Positions 1 through 12,903 of a stretch of DNA of 34,206 nucleotides are shown here, piece by piece (the stretch's first letter is position 1; each line of letters opens with the position of its first letter). The notes below the pieces were generated by a model. That model did no database searches and was not told where the DNA came from. It worked only from the letters and a program-made list of their open reading frames with translations. The DNA comes from Atractiella rhizophila (Eukaryota), in NCBI GenBank assembly GCA_021432655.1, contig MU271542.1, positions 1-34,206 on the forward strand, in the 5' to 3' direction. The position numbers and the translations under genes were made by a program.

Positions 1-64
1 ACCTGGTGAACCAGTCAAACGACGATCTGAAAGATTAAGAACATTATTTATTGCTGTATCAGAT

Positions 65-1736
65 ATGCACGGCGCAGGTGGAGCAGTAAAACTCTTGACG
101 GGAAACAGCCACCCAGAACTCGCGCAAGCTATTGCACAGAGGTACGCTTGTCACTTCTCTCAGTTGTAAATCTGGAGAATGTGGTTCATGGAATATGGCG
201 CAGGTTGGGCATCCCACTCACGAGATGTACCGTCAAAAAGTTCTCAGATAACGAAACAAATGTTGCGATCCACGAGTCCGTTCGTGATGCCGACATCTAC
301 ATCATTCAAACCGGCTTCAACCCTTCTCCATATCCTACCAACGGCTCCGTTCCTCCTACGCCCGGAATTGGCTCAGCTCAACTGAATGGAAGTGCGAAAG
401 GGTCTCGCCCCACGACTCCAGTCCCCCACCGTACCATCGAGCCTAATGGAGATGCGCCAAGTCGACCTGCTTCTCCTGGACACTTCAGACCCGACTTGCA
501 CCCTTTTTCGGACCCTAATGACCTTCTAATGGTCGGTGGACTTCCTTGAGAACTTCCCTTCTCTATTCTTTTTTCTTTGGAAAGAAGGAATGGGAACTAA
601 CCCTACCGTGGGCAATAGGAGCTTTTGATCCTGATCTCGTACGTATTCCCTCCCGTCTTCTTGAATCAGGTCAGTGCATCTCTGATTTTGAATTTGAATA
701 AACAGAGCTTGTAAAACCGCATCTGCCCGTCGAATCACAGCTCTCATACCATGTTATCCATATTCTCGCATGGATCGAAAGGACCGCTCGCGAGCTCCCA
801 TTACCGCTAAACTTGTCGCTAACATGCTCCAGATCGCAGGAGCTGACCATGTCATTACCATGGAGTTGCACGCGGGCCAGATTCAAGGATTCTTTGACAT
901 CCCTTGTGACAATCTCTGGGTTGAACCGATGATGATCAATTATATCAAAACTAGGATAGATGACTGGAAGAATTGTATCATCGTCTCTCCCGATGCTGGA
1001 GGGGCTAAAAGGTGCTCCTTTTTTGTTGTACACATGTACTGTTGCTGACGGGCGACATTGTAAGGGCCACGTCTCTTGCGGATAGACTTGACGTCGACTT
1101 TGCACTTATTAACAGACGTAGGAGCAAAAAGGGCAGTGATGGGAAGCATGAACTTGGGAGGATGGAAATCCTGGTCGGTGATGTGAAGGGAAAGGCAAGT
1201 TGTCCCCGAAAAGTTTGTTGTCCTTGCTCATAGACGACCTTGATAGATTGCGGTCCTCCTTGATGACATGTGCGATACTGGAGAGACGCTTCAGCTTGCC
1301 GCTCATACCCTTCATGATGCCGGTGCAAAGCAAATCTACGCTGTTGTTGCGCATGGTATGTGCTGCTTTAATACATGTAGCAACAAAGGACTGAGAAGTC
1401 AACCGTCGCAGGCCTTTTGTCGGGTTCAGCTCCTGAAATTATCAAGGAACTCCCTCTTGATCGCCTTGTTGTGAGTGTGCGCATACTTATCGATACTTGA
1501 CGTCTCATTCCGTCGATCTAGGTCACGAACACCATTTCACAAAAGGAACATTTGAAGGTAGCTGGAGACAAAATCGAGGTCATAGACATTAGTCCAGTCC
1601 TTGCGGAAAGCATCCGTCGTGTACGTTTATGTCCCTTTCTCCTTCTCTGCGCTTTCCATGCTAAGAATGTGGTCAGACCCATAACGGCGAATCCATCTCA
1701 TTAATCTTCACGGAAGGTGGAATATCCGCTTTCTGA
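65..1736 (+). CDS. PRS: Ribose-phosphate pyrophosphokinase (PRPP synthetase), multi-exon
   Basis: Spliced reading gives [122 protein letters not shown], the PRPP-binding loop [10 protein letters not shown], and [14 protein letters not shown]. An alternative last intron (1717-1766) would move the stop to 1786. Confidence 0.95.
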
Positions 1737-2122
1737 CTTAGCGCGCCATCTATGTCATTGTTTCAGGCCTGAAATTCCTAGCATAGATTTCTCATCCTGC
1801 ATCATGAGCAGTCCTGTACGAACAGCTTACAGCATCGTGTACTCTCCTCGACTGAGGCTATTGGATTTCATTCTACAATGTCCATCAACGGAATTTGGTC
1901 GTCAAATAATAGGGATCTCTAGAATATCAATATCGTGTGAATCGTGAACATGGCATTGATTCGTCTACGTGGTTCTGAAGGTAACAACAAGACAGGATAC
2001 TAAATGCAAGTGCTGAATGTCAAACATTTTGACGAATGGTAAAGTGCGAGTAGCGCAAATGATGAGACCAAGAAGACGAGATAAAAGATGGATGTCGCCA
2101 AAGAAAAGAAATTTTTGAGGGC

Positions 2123-4845
2123 TCACAAACGAGCCTTTGGCTCCCAAAACTTGAGATTTCGGGAGATGTCAAAAGACTTTGAGAAAGTGTCCTGAGCGCT
2201 GAAACTTCCGTCGATCTGGGCAAGTTTGCGCGCAATTTTGGAAACATTTGTTCCTACAGATTCTTGCCAGCCGCCATTGTAGATGTCGCCCCTGTTGTTA
2301 GAATCGTCAATAAGATAGAACCTGCCAACAATAGTACAAGACATACCTCCTGAAATGGACACCAAGGTCTCCCCTAATACAAGCGTAGACGTTGCGTGTT
2401 CCGCGACCCATCATACTGGCCACTTCCTTGCTCGTGCCCTTGTTAAATGCATCCTGAATAGACCTGTAGACCCTGACGCTCTCCTTAGCCCCATTTTGTC
2501 TCCAGTTGGCCAAATCTTTCGCCTGAACCTTTCCACCGGAAGCATCAACGGCCAAGCTTTCCACAGAGCGCCAAACGTCCTCCATTCGGGCTTCAAGATC
2601 TTTGCTGTTCGTAGCGTCAAGACGGAGGCACATTCCGTTGTAGATCTTGCGGCTGTTGACATCAGACGGGGAGAAGGATTTGAGAGAGGCGGGAAGGATT
2701 TGCTCCTTCAATGCACGGCGGAAGAGATTGTCTTGGAATCGGAGGTCGAGCGCCTGGGAGGCGCAGTAGAGTTGGGTAGCAAGGAGCAGGGTAAGAACGT
2801 CGCAAGATTCATGAGTCTTCCTAGCACTAGCGAGGGCCATCGAGCTATTTCATCCCACAGGTCAACGACCGCAGTTAGAGAACAAAATGAGAAGACGAAC
2901 TTGACAGCTTGGTTGTGCATCTCTGCAGACTGCACGTGAGTCGTCATTGGGTTCGCCAGGTAACCAAGCTCGGCACAATAAGCCGCAATGTGGATATCAA
3001 GACCTTTCGCATGGTAGTTGGTCGACGGAGCGTCGCCAGCCAGACAACTGGGAAGACCGCGATTCATATGTGCGCTAATGCTCTTGTGAGTAATTTCTCT
3101 GTGAGGAGATTGGATTACGAACTTGAGCATTTCGGTCGTTTGAGCAAATGCGAGCTTTCCGACCAGTGCGAGCCCCAATCGAACCTTCTCCATCGCCAAA
3201 GCGGGCGAGACCGCTTGGAAGTTGCCACCGTGGTGGGTCTTTTTGCCTTGATGATCCACAAGAGGATTGTCTGTCATGAGCCAGAACGGTCAGCACCAGC
3301 CTCACCTCATCATAGACAGATTGAGGCACGAACCAGTAGTGCTGTTGATCTCAATCTCCAAAGCTTGCTTCGCGCTCTCGAAGTCGCTCATCACAGGTCC
3401 CAACCACTGAGCAGATGTTCTCAGAGGGTACCTATCCTGTCGGAGGATGCCATCGTCGTCCGCGGCCTTCAGCTCCGGTTCGAAGTGGATGGCAAACTTG
3501 GAGTCCACAAGGAGATCACGCATGTGCTTCGCCACTGCAATCTGGCCTGGATGAGGGCGGGTCACGTCGTGGATAAAGCTGGCATCAACAAGTTAGTAAG
3601 GGCAACAAAGGAAGCTTCAGGGGGAAGAGGGGGAAATACGGATCAAAGCTTCCCACGTGTCCAATCAATGCCTCAAGTATCATTGCAGTTCCGAGCTGAG
3701 CAACTTCGAAAAGATGGAGTGCTCGATTGAGAGCGAGACAAGCCGCAGATGCTGCAAACCCCAGCCGTATCAGCATTCATCAGCCTGAATAAAAATCCGT
3801 ACCTGAGACAGAAGTGCCATTGACGAGAGCGAGTCCTTCCTTCGGTCCCAGTTTGATAGCCTCAATTCCGACTTTTTTCAACGCCTCGCCAGCCGGGATA
3901 ACTTCAAGCATGCCTGGCGTTTTCCTGCACCGATCTTGTCAATAACATGTAGCTTTGATTGAGAGAAAGCACTCACGAAGGAACAGTAACACGGGAGCTC
4001 GGATGAGCGCAGATCGCTGCTGCGATGTAGGACAACTTTATCAAGGAACCTCATCAGTCTCGAGCTCAAAGATTAAGGAAAAAGGTCGGCATACAGGAGA
4101 CAAGTCTCCAGAGGCAGAGATAGAACCTCGTAGCGGAACCACAGGGGTAATGTTGTGCTTCAAAAGGCCGAGGAGAGCCTCGATGACCCGAACTCTGATG
4201 GCAGAGTGTGCGCTGTGTCCCAAAATATTAGTCTATGTCCTTGCTTCACACCTGAGCAAGAAGACATACCGAATGAGAGAGTTTACTCGAATCACAATGG
4301 ACCCTCGGACAACATCAATAGGCAAGGCACCGTCGACTCCTTTTGAAGGCACGAGGTGGGGACGACCGATTTCTGAATCCAGAGGGAGGATACCGCACAG
4401 TTGGTGCTCGATGATTGCTACCTGTTCAAGGGAAATCCACACCTGAGTCTGGGAAGGGACACGTGATAGTAAACAAACCTGTAAGTCGTCCAACGCCTGG
4501 GTACGTGTGTCCGCACTCCCTCCAAACCCGGTTGACATCTAGGTAGTTCCCCAGCTCAGAATCATCCGAAACCTAGAAGGTAAGCAGACGGAACGCACTC
4601 CATAAATGCTCGTATCGAGCTAACCGGCACGAGAGCATGAAATCAGCTTTTTCTCATTTGATAAGCGAATTGACACGACGCACCTTTGAGGCCAAGAACT
4701 CCACGCTGTTCTCCATCTCCCTCTTCAACTTATCACCTTCCTTCCCGTTCACCAATTGGGCGGTACTCTTCCCGAGCGCAACATCGACGACTTGTTGGAT
4801 GGTGAGACCACTGCCGTTAAGATTTACAACATTCGGACTTGACAT
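2123..4845 (-). CDS. PAL: Phenylalanine/tyrosine ammonia-lyase (MIO-dependent), multi-exon
   Basis: Motifs across exons: [27 protein letters not shown] triad in [80 protein letters not shown], and C-terminal [18 protein letters not shown]. Confidence 0.96.
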
Positions 4846-4967
4846 GATGCCTAAAAGTACTTGTATGGACGAGATGAGAAAACGATACTGTTTGCGTCAC
4901 GAGCGAGAAGCTGGTCGTTAGAACGTGGTGGACGTTATGCGGGAAGGTGGCCGAGCTCGTCTGGCTC

Positions 4968-4975
4968 TTTTTATA
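4968..4975 (-). promoter_or_regulatory. Putative TATA box of PAL
   Basis: TATAAAAA on the minus strand about 120 nt upstream of the PAL ATG (4845). Confidence 0.5.
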
Positions 4976-5496
4976 TGCCGCGCATTTGATGGGAATGAGG
5001 GTCGGGAAATCGGCATACCGATCCCCCAAAGAAAGCCTGAAAGGTCTGCAAGAGTTGCTTTTGGAGCTCAGAATGCGCAACAAGTACATTTTGCATATAG
5101 AGGACTGTAAACTATAGAGAGAGCTATTGTCATTTCCTTCTGTATCCTCCCAGTTTGGACAGTAATATCGTATTGCACGTAGGGTATAAGAAAACTGGAG
5201 CTGAAGAGATGAGAGAGAAGAGAAAAGGGGTGAGGGATTTCCGCAGCGAATGCATGACGGAATACCGCCATTTCCAACAGAACCTGGGCTCCACGACCCA
5301 AAGTCAACGTAAAGGAGATCTTGACAAGATGGGGGAGGTCAAAAATGGCCAAACGTGCGCGTGACGCGGTATCCCGCCCCTTCTCTAGCACCTGCTTGCA
5401 ATGCGCAACGGGGCTGAGAACGGAGCAGGAAGGAGACGCGCTCGGTACAGTACACCGTGACGTGAACGTTGTTACAAAATAAGATGATGACGACGA

Positions 5497-6499
5497 TCAG
5501 GCAATGTATCTCCTGTTGACCGACGGAACGAGTAGTTAAGTATGTAACAGTTGAAGAGAGAGACGGGAGTGGCAATACGTACTTTAGAAACTTCTTGTGG
5601 AACTCGGTTCGCAACAAATCATTGACGAACTCCTTATTCTTGCCTTTCTCCAATGTTCTCGCTTGGTTCTTGAATATCACATCGTCGTCCCATCTTCTCT
5701 TGACCTATTTCCACAAAGTCATCTTCGAAATACTTGTCAGCCGTGAGGAGGGACAAACCTGAAAACTGTCAGACGACATTGACATGGAAACATCTGATCG
5801 TGGAGTGGCACCACCGCCAAGTGCGGCTTGCAGGTTAAGCAGAGGATTGCCCAGGGCAATTTCCTCTTCCCGAGTGCGAGCTTCTCCTTCTGCTTTCTCG
5901 CGTTCCTGTTCGGTCGATTTAGCAACAGAGAGGGAAGGGAACGACTACAGACCTGCGCTTCCTTTTCCGCAGCTCGCTCGCGCTTAATCTTCTCTAACTC
6001 CCGAAGCAACTCTTGCGTCTCGTCTTCCTCATCATCTGAAGAGTCAGAAGAATCATCAGAATCGTCCGCTTGTTTCGCATTCCCATTTGACGAGTCGGGG
6101 ACAGCGGACATGTTCTGGTCGTCCTCCCTGTCGACCACAAAGACAACATAAGAACCATGACCAAAAAATTTCAAGGGAGATGAACGAGAAGGGAGGGACA
6201 TACTGATCACTATCATCCTTATCCAGCTCCACAGCTTCTCTAATCGCCTTCCGCCTTCCTTCTTCCTCCCTGTTCTGAATCTCTCCAACCCTTGCCCGTT
6301 TATTCCTCGCTTCCTCCTCAGCTTCCTCCAGCTCCCTCTTCAAGTCCCTCCGCGCGACATCAGACTGAGACGTCTGCCCTGGAGCTCGGAACTTAAGCTT
6401 GGTGTGCGATGGCAGTTGTCGAGAACTGTATTGACGCGTGTTCAGGTTTTGTTGTCTTCCCTGAGCGGGGTCCCATGTTGGCCTGTGCGCTGTCGACAT
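5497..6499 (-). CDS. CWC15: Pre-mRNA splicing factor Cwc15/Cwf15
   Basis: N-terminal [28 protein letters not shown], an acidic tract then [22 protein letters not shown], and C-terminal [34 protein letters not shown]. Confidence 0.95.
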
Positions 6500-6738
6500 C
6501 CTCCTCTTCACTCTTCTGCACCAGAATTATAAACTAAAGACGTTGGAATGAGACAGTCAAAGAAAAGCAAGAAGATTCGTAGGAAGTCCTAACCCTATTG
6601 TGGTAATGTGCGTGGCGAACCTTAAGGGGTCTGGACGAGACTGACAAAAAACGACGATTCCTTTCAAGTTCACTCTTCCTACCAATAAAACCGACTTGAA
6701 TCTTACTATTTGCAACAAGGAATCGTGACCGCTGCATC

Positions 6739-8918
6739 ATGGCCTCTGTTCAACTGAACACTCCCCAGGGCGACGCATTACAGAATGCGATCCAGAAGAA
6801 GTTGGCGGAGTACAATTACACTGACGAGGACGATGTGCGTCTCATTTCTTTCCTTAATTTCTCTGGGTCTCCCGTGAACAAATAACATGCCAACTAATGC
6901 TTCATTTTGTTGCTAGTCTGTCATGTCCGAATACTGTCTTGTCATGCTCGCCAACCGCAAATCGCGAGCTAACATCACCACGGAACTTTCCGACCTTATC
7001 GGTGCTGATTCCTACGATCCGAAATTTACAGATTGGTTGTTTGAAGAAATGGAACGGGTCTACTCTACCCCCGTCGCCTCCACCTCCACTTCCAGTGCCA
7101 ACATCCCAGCCTCCTCAAACTCCAACGCGACCCAGAATACCCAAAATGGAAGTGGCGGGAGTGGGAGTGGGAGTGGGATTGGAGGCAAAAGACCCCGCGA
7201 AGACGACGAGAAGGGTGTGCAAGGCAATGCAGGAGGGTCGGTAACGGGAGCAGGTAGTGTGGGAACGGGCGTAGCTGGTGGAGATGGGCCTCAAGCTATT
7301 CAGACTGTCCAAGACTCGAGAGAGTCTGGTTACAGGGGTGGAATGCAGAGGGACGGACGGCCGGCTGGTCGTGGTGGCCCGAGGTACGTCTGCTATCGTT
7401 TTACTTCTAAGTAAAATTGGGGTAACGTTGCCTTTGGTTCTGGGATAAAGGGATAACTTTGGTTCCTCTGGCCCCCGTCAGCAGCGAGGTGTATTTGATA
7501 ATGCAGTTTCAAACCTCAATAGGGGAAGAAGGGATGAAGACGGACCTCCTACGAGGAGGCAAAGGTTAGACGATGGAACGCCCAGCGGAGGACGGATGCA
7601 CGGTGTTCCGACCGGTCCTCGCTTGATGAACGGGAACGACGATCGGAAACCTGGGGGAGGAGCTGGTGGACGAAGTATTTTCGATCGCGTTGGTCCTCCT
7701 CCGAATCAAAACACCAATACACCATTTCAAAACGGTGGGGGAGGAGGAGGAGACGGATTTCAAAACCCTGGCGGTTTTCCGAATGGGATGGGAAGGGGTA
7801 TGGGACCTGGTGGACCGGGTGGACCGATGGGAATGGGCGTTCCGATGTCAGCTTTCCAACAAGGACCTGACGGCACCTTTTTCCTACCTCCTGGCGCCAT
7901 GGCAGGGTTTGGCCCTCAGCCTGGAATGGGAGGGATGATGATGCCTCCCCAACAATTCGGATATCACCCCCATGCGCCGCAGATGATGATGCCTCCCCAC
8001 GGTGGTCCTTTCCCCCAACAGCATCAGCAGCAACAACAATTCAGACCTCAACCACAGATGCAGCCGCAGCAAAAACCAACTCCACCTTTGCCCTCGAAGC
8101 CGACAGAGACCCAGCTGTGCACTTTCAACACCGAGTGCAAGAAACCGCATTGCCCTTACTCGCATGCTAGCCCGGTGGCGACGAAGGAGAGTGGATTGGT
8201 ATTGAGTGAGGAAGCTTGCCCGAAGCAACTCGATTGTGCGGATAAGGTTTGCTCCTAATCGTTTCGTCATCTGACTTCGAGACTGAGGAGATGACGAATA
8301 GGACTGCTCGCTGTCTCACGTCTCTCCCGCTCAGAAATCTGCAAAAGCGAACGCTAACACCTCGCCCACCATTGGCAGTAGCAATCCCAATGCGAACGCC
8401 AACACCTCTCCGTCCCAACTTCCGCAAGCACAACCTCAAGCGAGCCAGCCAGCTCAGCAACAAGCCTTTTACGTCGATCCTTCTTCCATCCCCGGTGCCG
8501 GAACCAAGCCTTGCAAGTTCGGACCAGCATGTACGAGACCTGGTTGCGTCTTCGTTCATCCTTGGGACGTCGCTCCTTGTCGATATGGCTTTGGGTGCAC
8601 GAGGCGTACGCTTTTTCCTCGTCCTTGTCATCATTGCAGCAGACTGATCTCGGTGTCATGTGAGCAGCCGATTGTAAATTCTCTCATCCGCCTGGAAGGA
8701 AGTTTCAGAACAAGACGCTCATCGTGAACGGTGCCGGGTCGAAGGACGGCATTGGAAGGGCACCAGAAGAGAGCAAGGAACTGGTCTCGGAGAGGTTGAA
8801 GAGGTTTGCGAAGGATGTTCCAGAAGGAGAAAAGGAGATCATCATTCCAACCGATTCCACTCCTCCCAAGGCGGACAAAAAGGAAGAGACCACCGGGACT
8901 GTTTCAGCGGCGGCCTAA
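6739..8918 (+). CDS. NAB2: Nab2/ZC3H14-like nuclear poly(A)-binding CCCH zinc-finger protein
   Basis: N-terminal PWI-like domain (LQNAIQKKLAE..VMSEYCLVMLANRKS..ELSDLIG..FTDWLF), a G/P/M/Q-rich middle, and four CCCH fingers: CTFNTECKKPHCPYSH, CPKQLDCADK|DCSLSH, CKFGPACTRPGCVFVH, CRYGFGCTRPDCKFSH. Confidence 0.85.
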
Positions 8919-9561
8919 TTTTGGTTGGAGAGCATTGTTGTGGCTTTTATGGTGGGAGGAAGGCTATTTTCTCTGTTATTTCATTGTCTATGCCTGCGAT
9001 TTCGCTTCTCTTCTTATATAATTCGTACATGAACCTCAAATCTCTTTGACCAATACAATCCCAGCAGATGTCTTTCTTGTTCTATATTATACACACGGCC
9101 TGCTCGCCTTGTCCCTTCCTGATCGCGAACTTGCTTGGATTGCGAATTGTGAAAACTTATCATGGCCGAGATTCGGAAAGATTCGTCAACGAGGTATCTG
9201 CATGCCAGCAGTAAGCACGTAAAATCAAAGACAGATTGGCCATTTCAACTCTCCCAGTCTCCTGATATCCCTGACAGCCCGCAAATTGAATGGGCATTGG
9301 GCAACACCCCCGCAGCCTGAGGGGATGAAAAATAAGGTTGATTGCCAAGCGATTTTGCTTTCACCTTCGTCCAAGCTTTGTGAACATCGCGTCTATTTTG
9401 AACGCGTTCAATAGAACTCGTGCGCCAGGAACAACATGAAAACTTCGAGTTCGCGATGGGGAAGAGGTAAATAGCTCCAAACTTTCCGTCCAATCCCATT
9501 TCGTTTCGATTCGCCGAATTACAACTGATTCGTAACTTCGTTCGGCTCGTTCAGTCTTGAT

Positions 9562-12120
9562 ATGCGGCGGGTGAGCTCAGCCTGCCATGCTTGAACGTTA
9601 CAGAACCTCGTTCTCACGCCTTTCGGTGGTCAAAGGACGGACTTTGCTCATTTGGGAAAGAAAACTTCGGTGGCGGGGACGAGTGAGGAATGGTCAGTTT
9701 CACGTTCCAGCTGCCCCTTTTCATCAGTCGCCAACTCGGATCGCGTCCAAATGACGCGGGGTTGGTCGCTTGATCGCACGAGACGAAAGGTTGACGACGC
9801 GTGTTTGTTTTTTGTCCCAACAGTCCCGACTTATTGGCTCCACACATTCTTAGGACGGTTGCAGAAGGTGGGTTCTCCTTCCTGCCCATACTTCTTGAAT
9901 TAGTGAGGAATACCACCGACACCTGGACCCAGTCAAGATTCAGCAGATCTGTACTTCTCATTCTTCCAATCACGCAGTTTTCATAGACGGTAAATATGCC
10001 ATTCTGCGCTGATTCCAGCTTGTCCTTGCCTGACGACTGCCTAAACAGTGAATGGGACGGCTTTCTTCATCGGAAGAAACACGCATGGACAGGTTCTTGC
10101 TTCTCATACTTGCGAATACATCGCAGCCCCTCTGACGTATGCATACAAAAACAGCTCGGATACTCTCCCACAACGCATCCAACTCTCAGCCTGCCCATAC
10201 TGTATGGAGATGAAGTTCCTGAAGATCTCAGAAGCCAAAAAATCAAAACTGCTGCTACGGGCCGAAGCCATACCATTCTGATAACTGAGAAAGGCGAAGT
10301 AATTCATCTCTCGACCCAAATTTAAACTAGTTGGGTAACAGGCTTTGATAGGCATGGGCGGCTGGCAACGGGCAGTTTGGCCAGCTCGGGACGGGCAGCA
10401 CGCGCGAGGTTTCACAATGGACTAAAGTCGAGTTCCCACGGAAGTCGAAAGCGAAGATTAAGGAGGTGGCTTGTGGTGTCAACTTCTCTATCTTCCTCGA
10501 TACAAAAGGCAACGTTTGGACCTGTGGCTCTGGAGAGAGAGGAGTTCTTGGAATAGGGAAGGTGTGTTTTATCTCCCAGAGCTTTCCTTGTGTCAAGAAT
10601 GGTTGGGACAGACCGGAGAACATATCACTGGCGCGAAGACTGGTTTTCTGGAACAGGTAAAACTTTTGATATCGATCGTCATGAGGCATTTACTAACTTC
10701 CGCGTGCAGACAGAACCTCTGATGCTGAAAGAAGCGTTCGAGGACAAGAAGATCGTGTCTATCGCAACAGGTCAACAGCACATTCTCGCGTTGGACGACA
10801 CAGGCCGCGTTTGGTCCTGGGGCTTCGGAGGCACGGTTTTATCTGATATCTTGAAACAAGAGCTGATTCCAGTCGCAGGATTAGGAAGGTTGGGGATGGG
10901 ACCTAGCGATCAACAGGACCGTCTCTCACCCACTTTACTGCCTCATTTTCGACCAGGAAAAGGCGCTGCGAAGAGCATCGGGTGTGGAGCGACCAATAGT
11001 CTTGTCATCGACCAGAGAGGCCAGTTCTGGCTTTTCGGGAAGTGGAAAGTAGGTTTCATTGCACACAATGTGATTTCAGCTGATTTGATGGCGTAGAATA
11101 CCGGGGATGGATCAGCAGGAATGCCGTGGATGACACCCAAAGTAGTTCCCGAGTTCATGGGGGCCAACTGCCTCGACGTCTCCAGCGGATTATGCTCAAT
11201 CTTTGCTGTGATGGAAGAGGACGGTGGAATGGCGACATATGCGCTCGGTCAAGGTGCGAATCATGGAGAACTAGCACTTGGAGAGGGACAAGTGCGCCAT
11301 GTGCTCTATATTTCGGTTTGGGCTGATGACATTGCAGCCGCGGTCAGCGACCAAACCAGTACGTGTGACAACATTGGACGGGATCGATGTACTACAGGTC
11401 GCTTGCGGAAACGCTACATCCTATTTCATCGTTCGTCCACCTCCAGATACGCCCTCCTCGAAATCTGTTCCGCCATCAAAGGCCGCCACCCCAAAACCCG
11501 TCCTTGCAGTCCCGTCCGTCCCTTCCACAACAAAAACGACGGCGAAACCAGCGAGGAAAGGTCCGGATCTCAGTGGCTGGGGGTTTTTTAACGATACTTC
11601 AGATGAAGAGGAGACAGCTGAACCGGAAGATCCAATGAAGAGAGACTCTTCGGGAGATAATGACAACCATGAAGCAAAACCTACCACGGGTGACTTACAG
11701 GAAAGCAGGACAGACTCCACAAAGTGGGGAGACGTGCCTCGTTGGCCATTTGTAGTCGATGTCCTAGAAGTGTGCATGGTCTGCAAGGGTGAAGAGGACC
11801 CACTATTAGAGTGTGACAAGTGTGAACAGCCGTATCATCTCACTTGTTTGATCCCAAAGTTAAACGAGGTCCCTGAAGGTACGCCGCATTTCACTTCCAT
11901 ATTAGTAGTTCAGCGAATAATAAATGGTGCTTGTAGGGGAGTGGTTTTGTCCGATTTGTTTGCCACGAGAGGAAACTGTGGTGAAGTCGAAATCAAAGAG
12001 AAAACTTGATAGTAATGTATACGATGAGGGTGAAGGTACGAGTTTTTACAAACCAATTCAATATTGACTGACATCCACGCTACAGCAGCAAATGGCCAAT
12101 TGAAGAAAGTGCGGACGTGA
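9562..12120 (+). CDS. RCC1/BLIP-II repeat protein (RCC2/TD-60-like) with C-terminal PHD finger
   Basis: RCC1 repeats: GRNTHGQ|LG, AATGRSHTILIT, ACGVNFSIFLDTKGNVWTCGSGERGVLG, ATGQQHILALDDTGRVWSWGFGG|LGRLG, CGATNSLVID, ACGNATSYFI. PHD C4HC3 finger: CMVC..LLECDKCEQPYHLTC..VPEG|EWFCPIC. Start inferred from ATGCGGCGG|gtgagc. Confidence 0.85.
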
Positions 12121-12903
12121 TTCTAGGTTGGGACATCCAGTCCCATTTCTTGTTGCTATCATCTTGTTCCCGTCATCTTCATTTTACGCCAACGCAACCC
12201 TGCTTCGACTTTCGATCTCCTTAGTTCGTTATTCGTTCTCACATCAAATAGCATGCTCTTGTGGCTTGCGTTCTGTATTCAATATCAGCTGCAAGGAACC
12301 AGACCCGTCCCAATTTCGCCTTTTCCAGGAAATTATTCCATCGATAATGCTGACAGCACAATACACCCTTAACTTTCTTGTTCAATTGTTGATAAGTTCG
12401 ATGGCCAATTAATTGGTGCACGCCACCCCCGAAATTCGTGCTGCCTTAAAGTTGTCTCCGCATTTCCTGTACTATGGCTTATTCTTATTGGCCCAGCAGG
12501 AATAAACGACCACAGTTTGCACATGGTATAACGAGGTTACAGGATGTCATGCTCTCTGCGGTCTTGCTTGGATTATCTGCTGTGAAGCTCGGAGTCCTAC
12601 GATGTTACACGGGAAGAATCGCCAGCGTTGGAGCCACGGGAAGAATAAAGCCTCAAAGTCAGGCCAAGTGAGAGCGGCGTGCGAAGACTTAAAAGCAGCA
12701 ACTTTTTCTCTTTGCCGTGATGGCTGCGAAGTCAAGAGTCTCGGTTTGCTTGTGCCTTAGTGCTGGTCTGATGCTTGGGACATCGCTGAGTATCTGTATT
12801 CCCTTGAGCTTCTGGATTGATAAAATCGTTTCTCTTCTTGTTAACACGTCCCCTTTGCATTCCTCACCCCGCCTACACATTTCATCATCTGCCTATTGCC
12901 TAA

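Noticed and set aside
2355..3730. Long plus-strand ORFs of 194 and 273 aa
   Set aside because: They are antisense shadows of PAL exons with no recognisable motifs.
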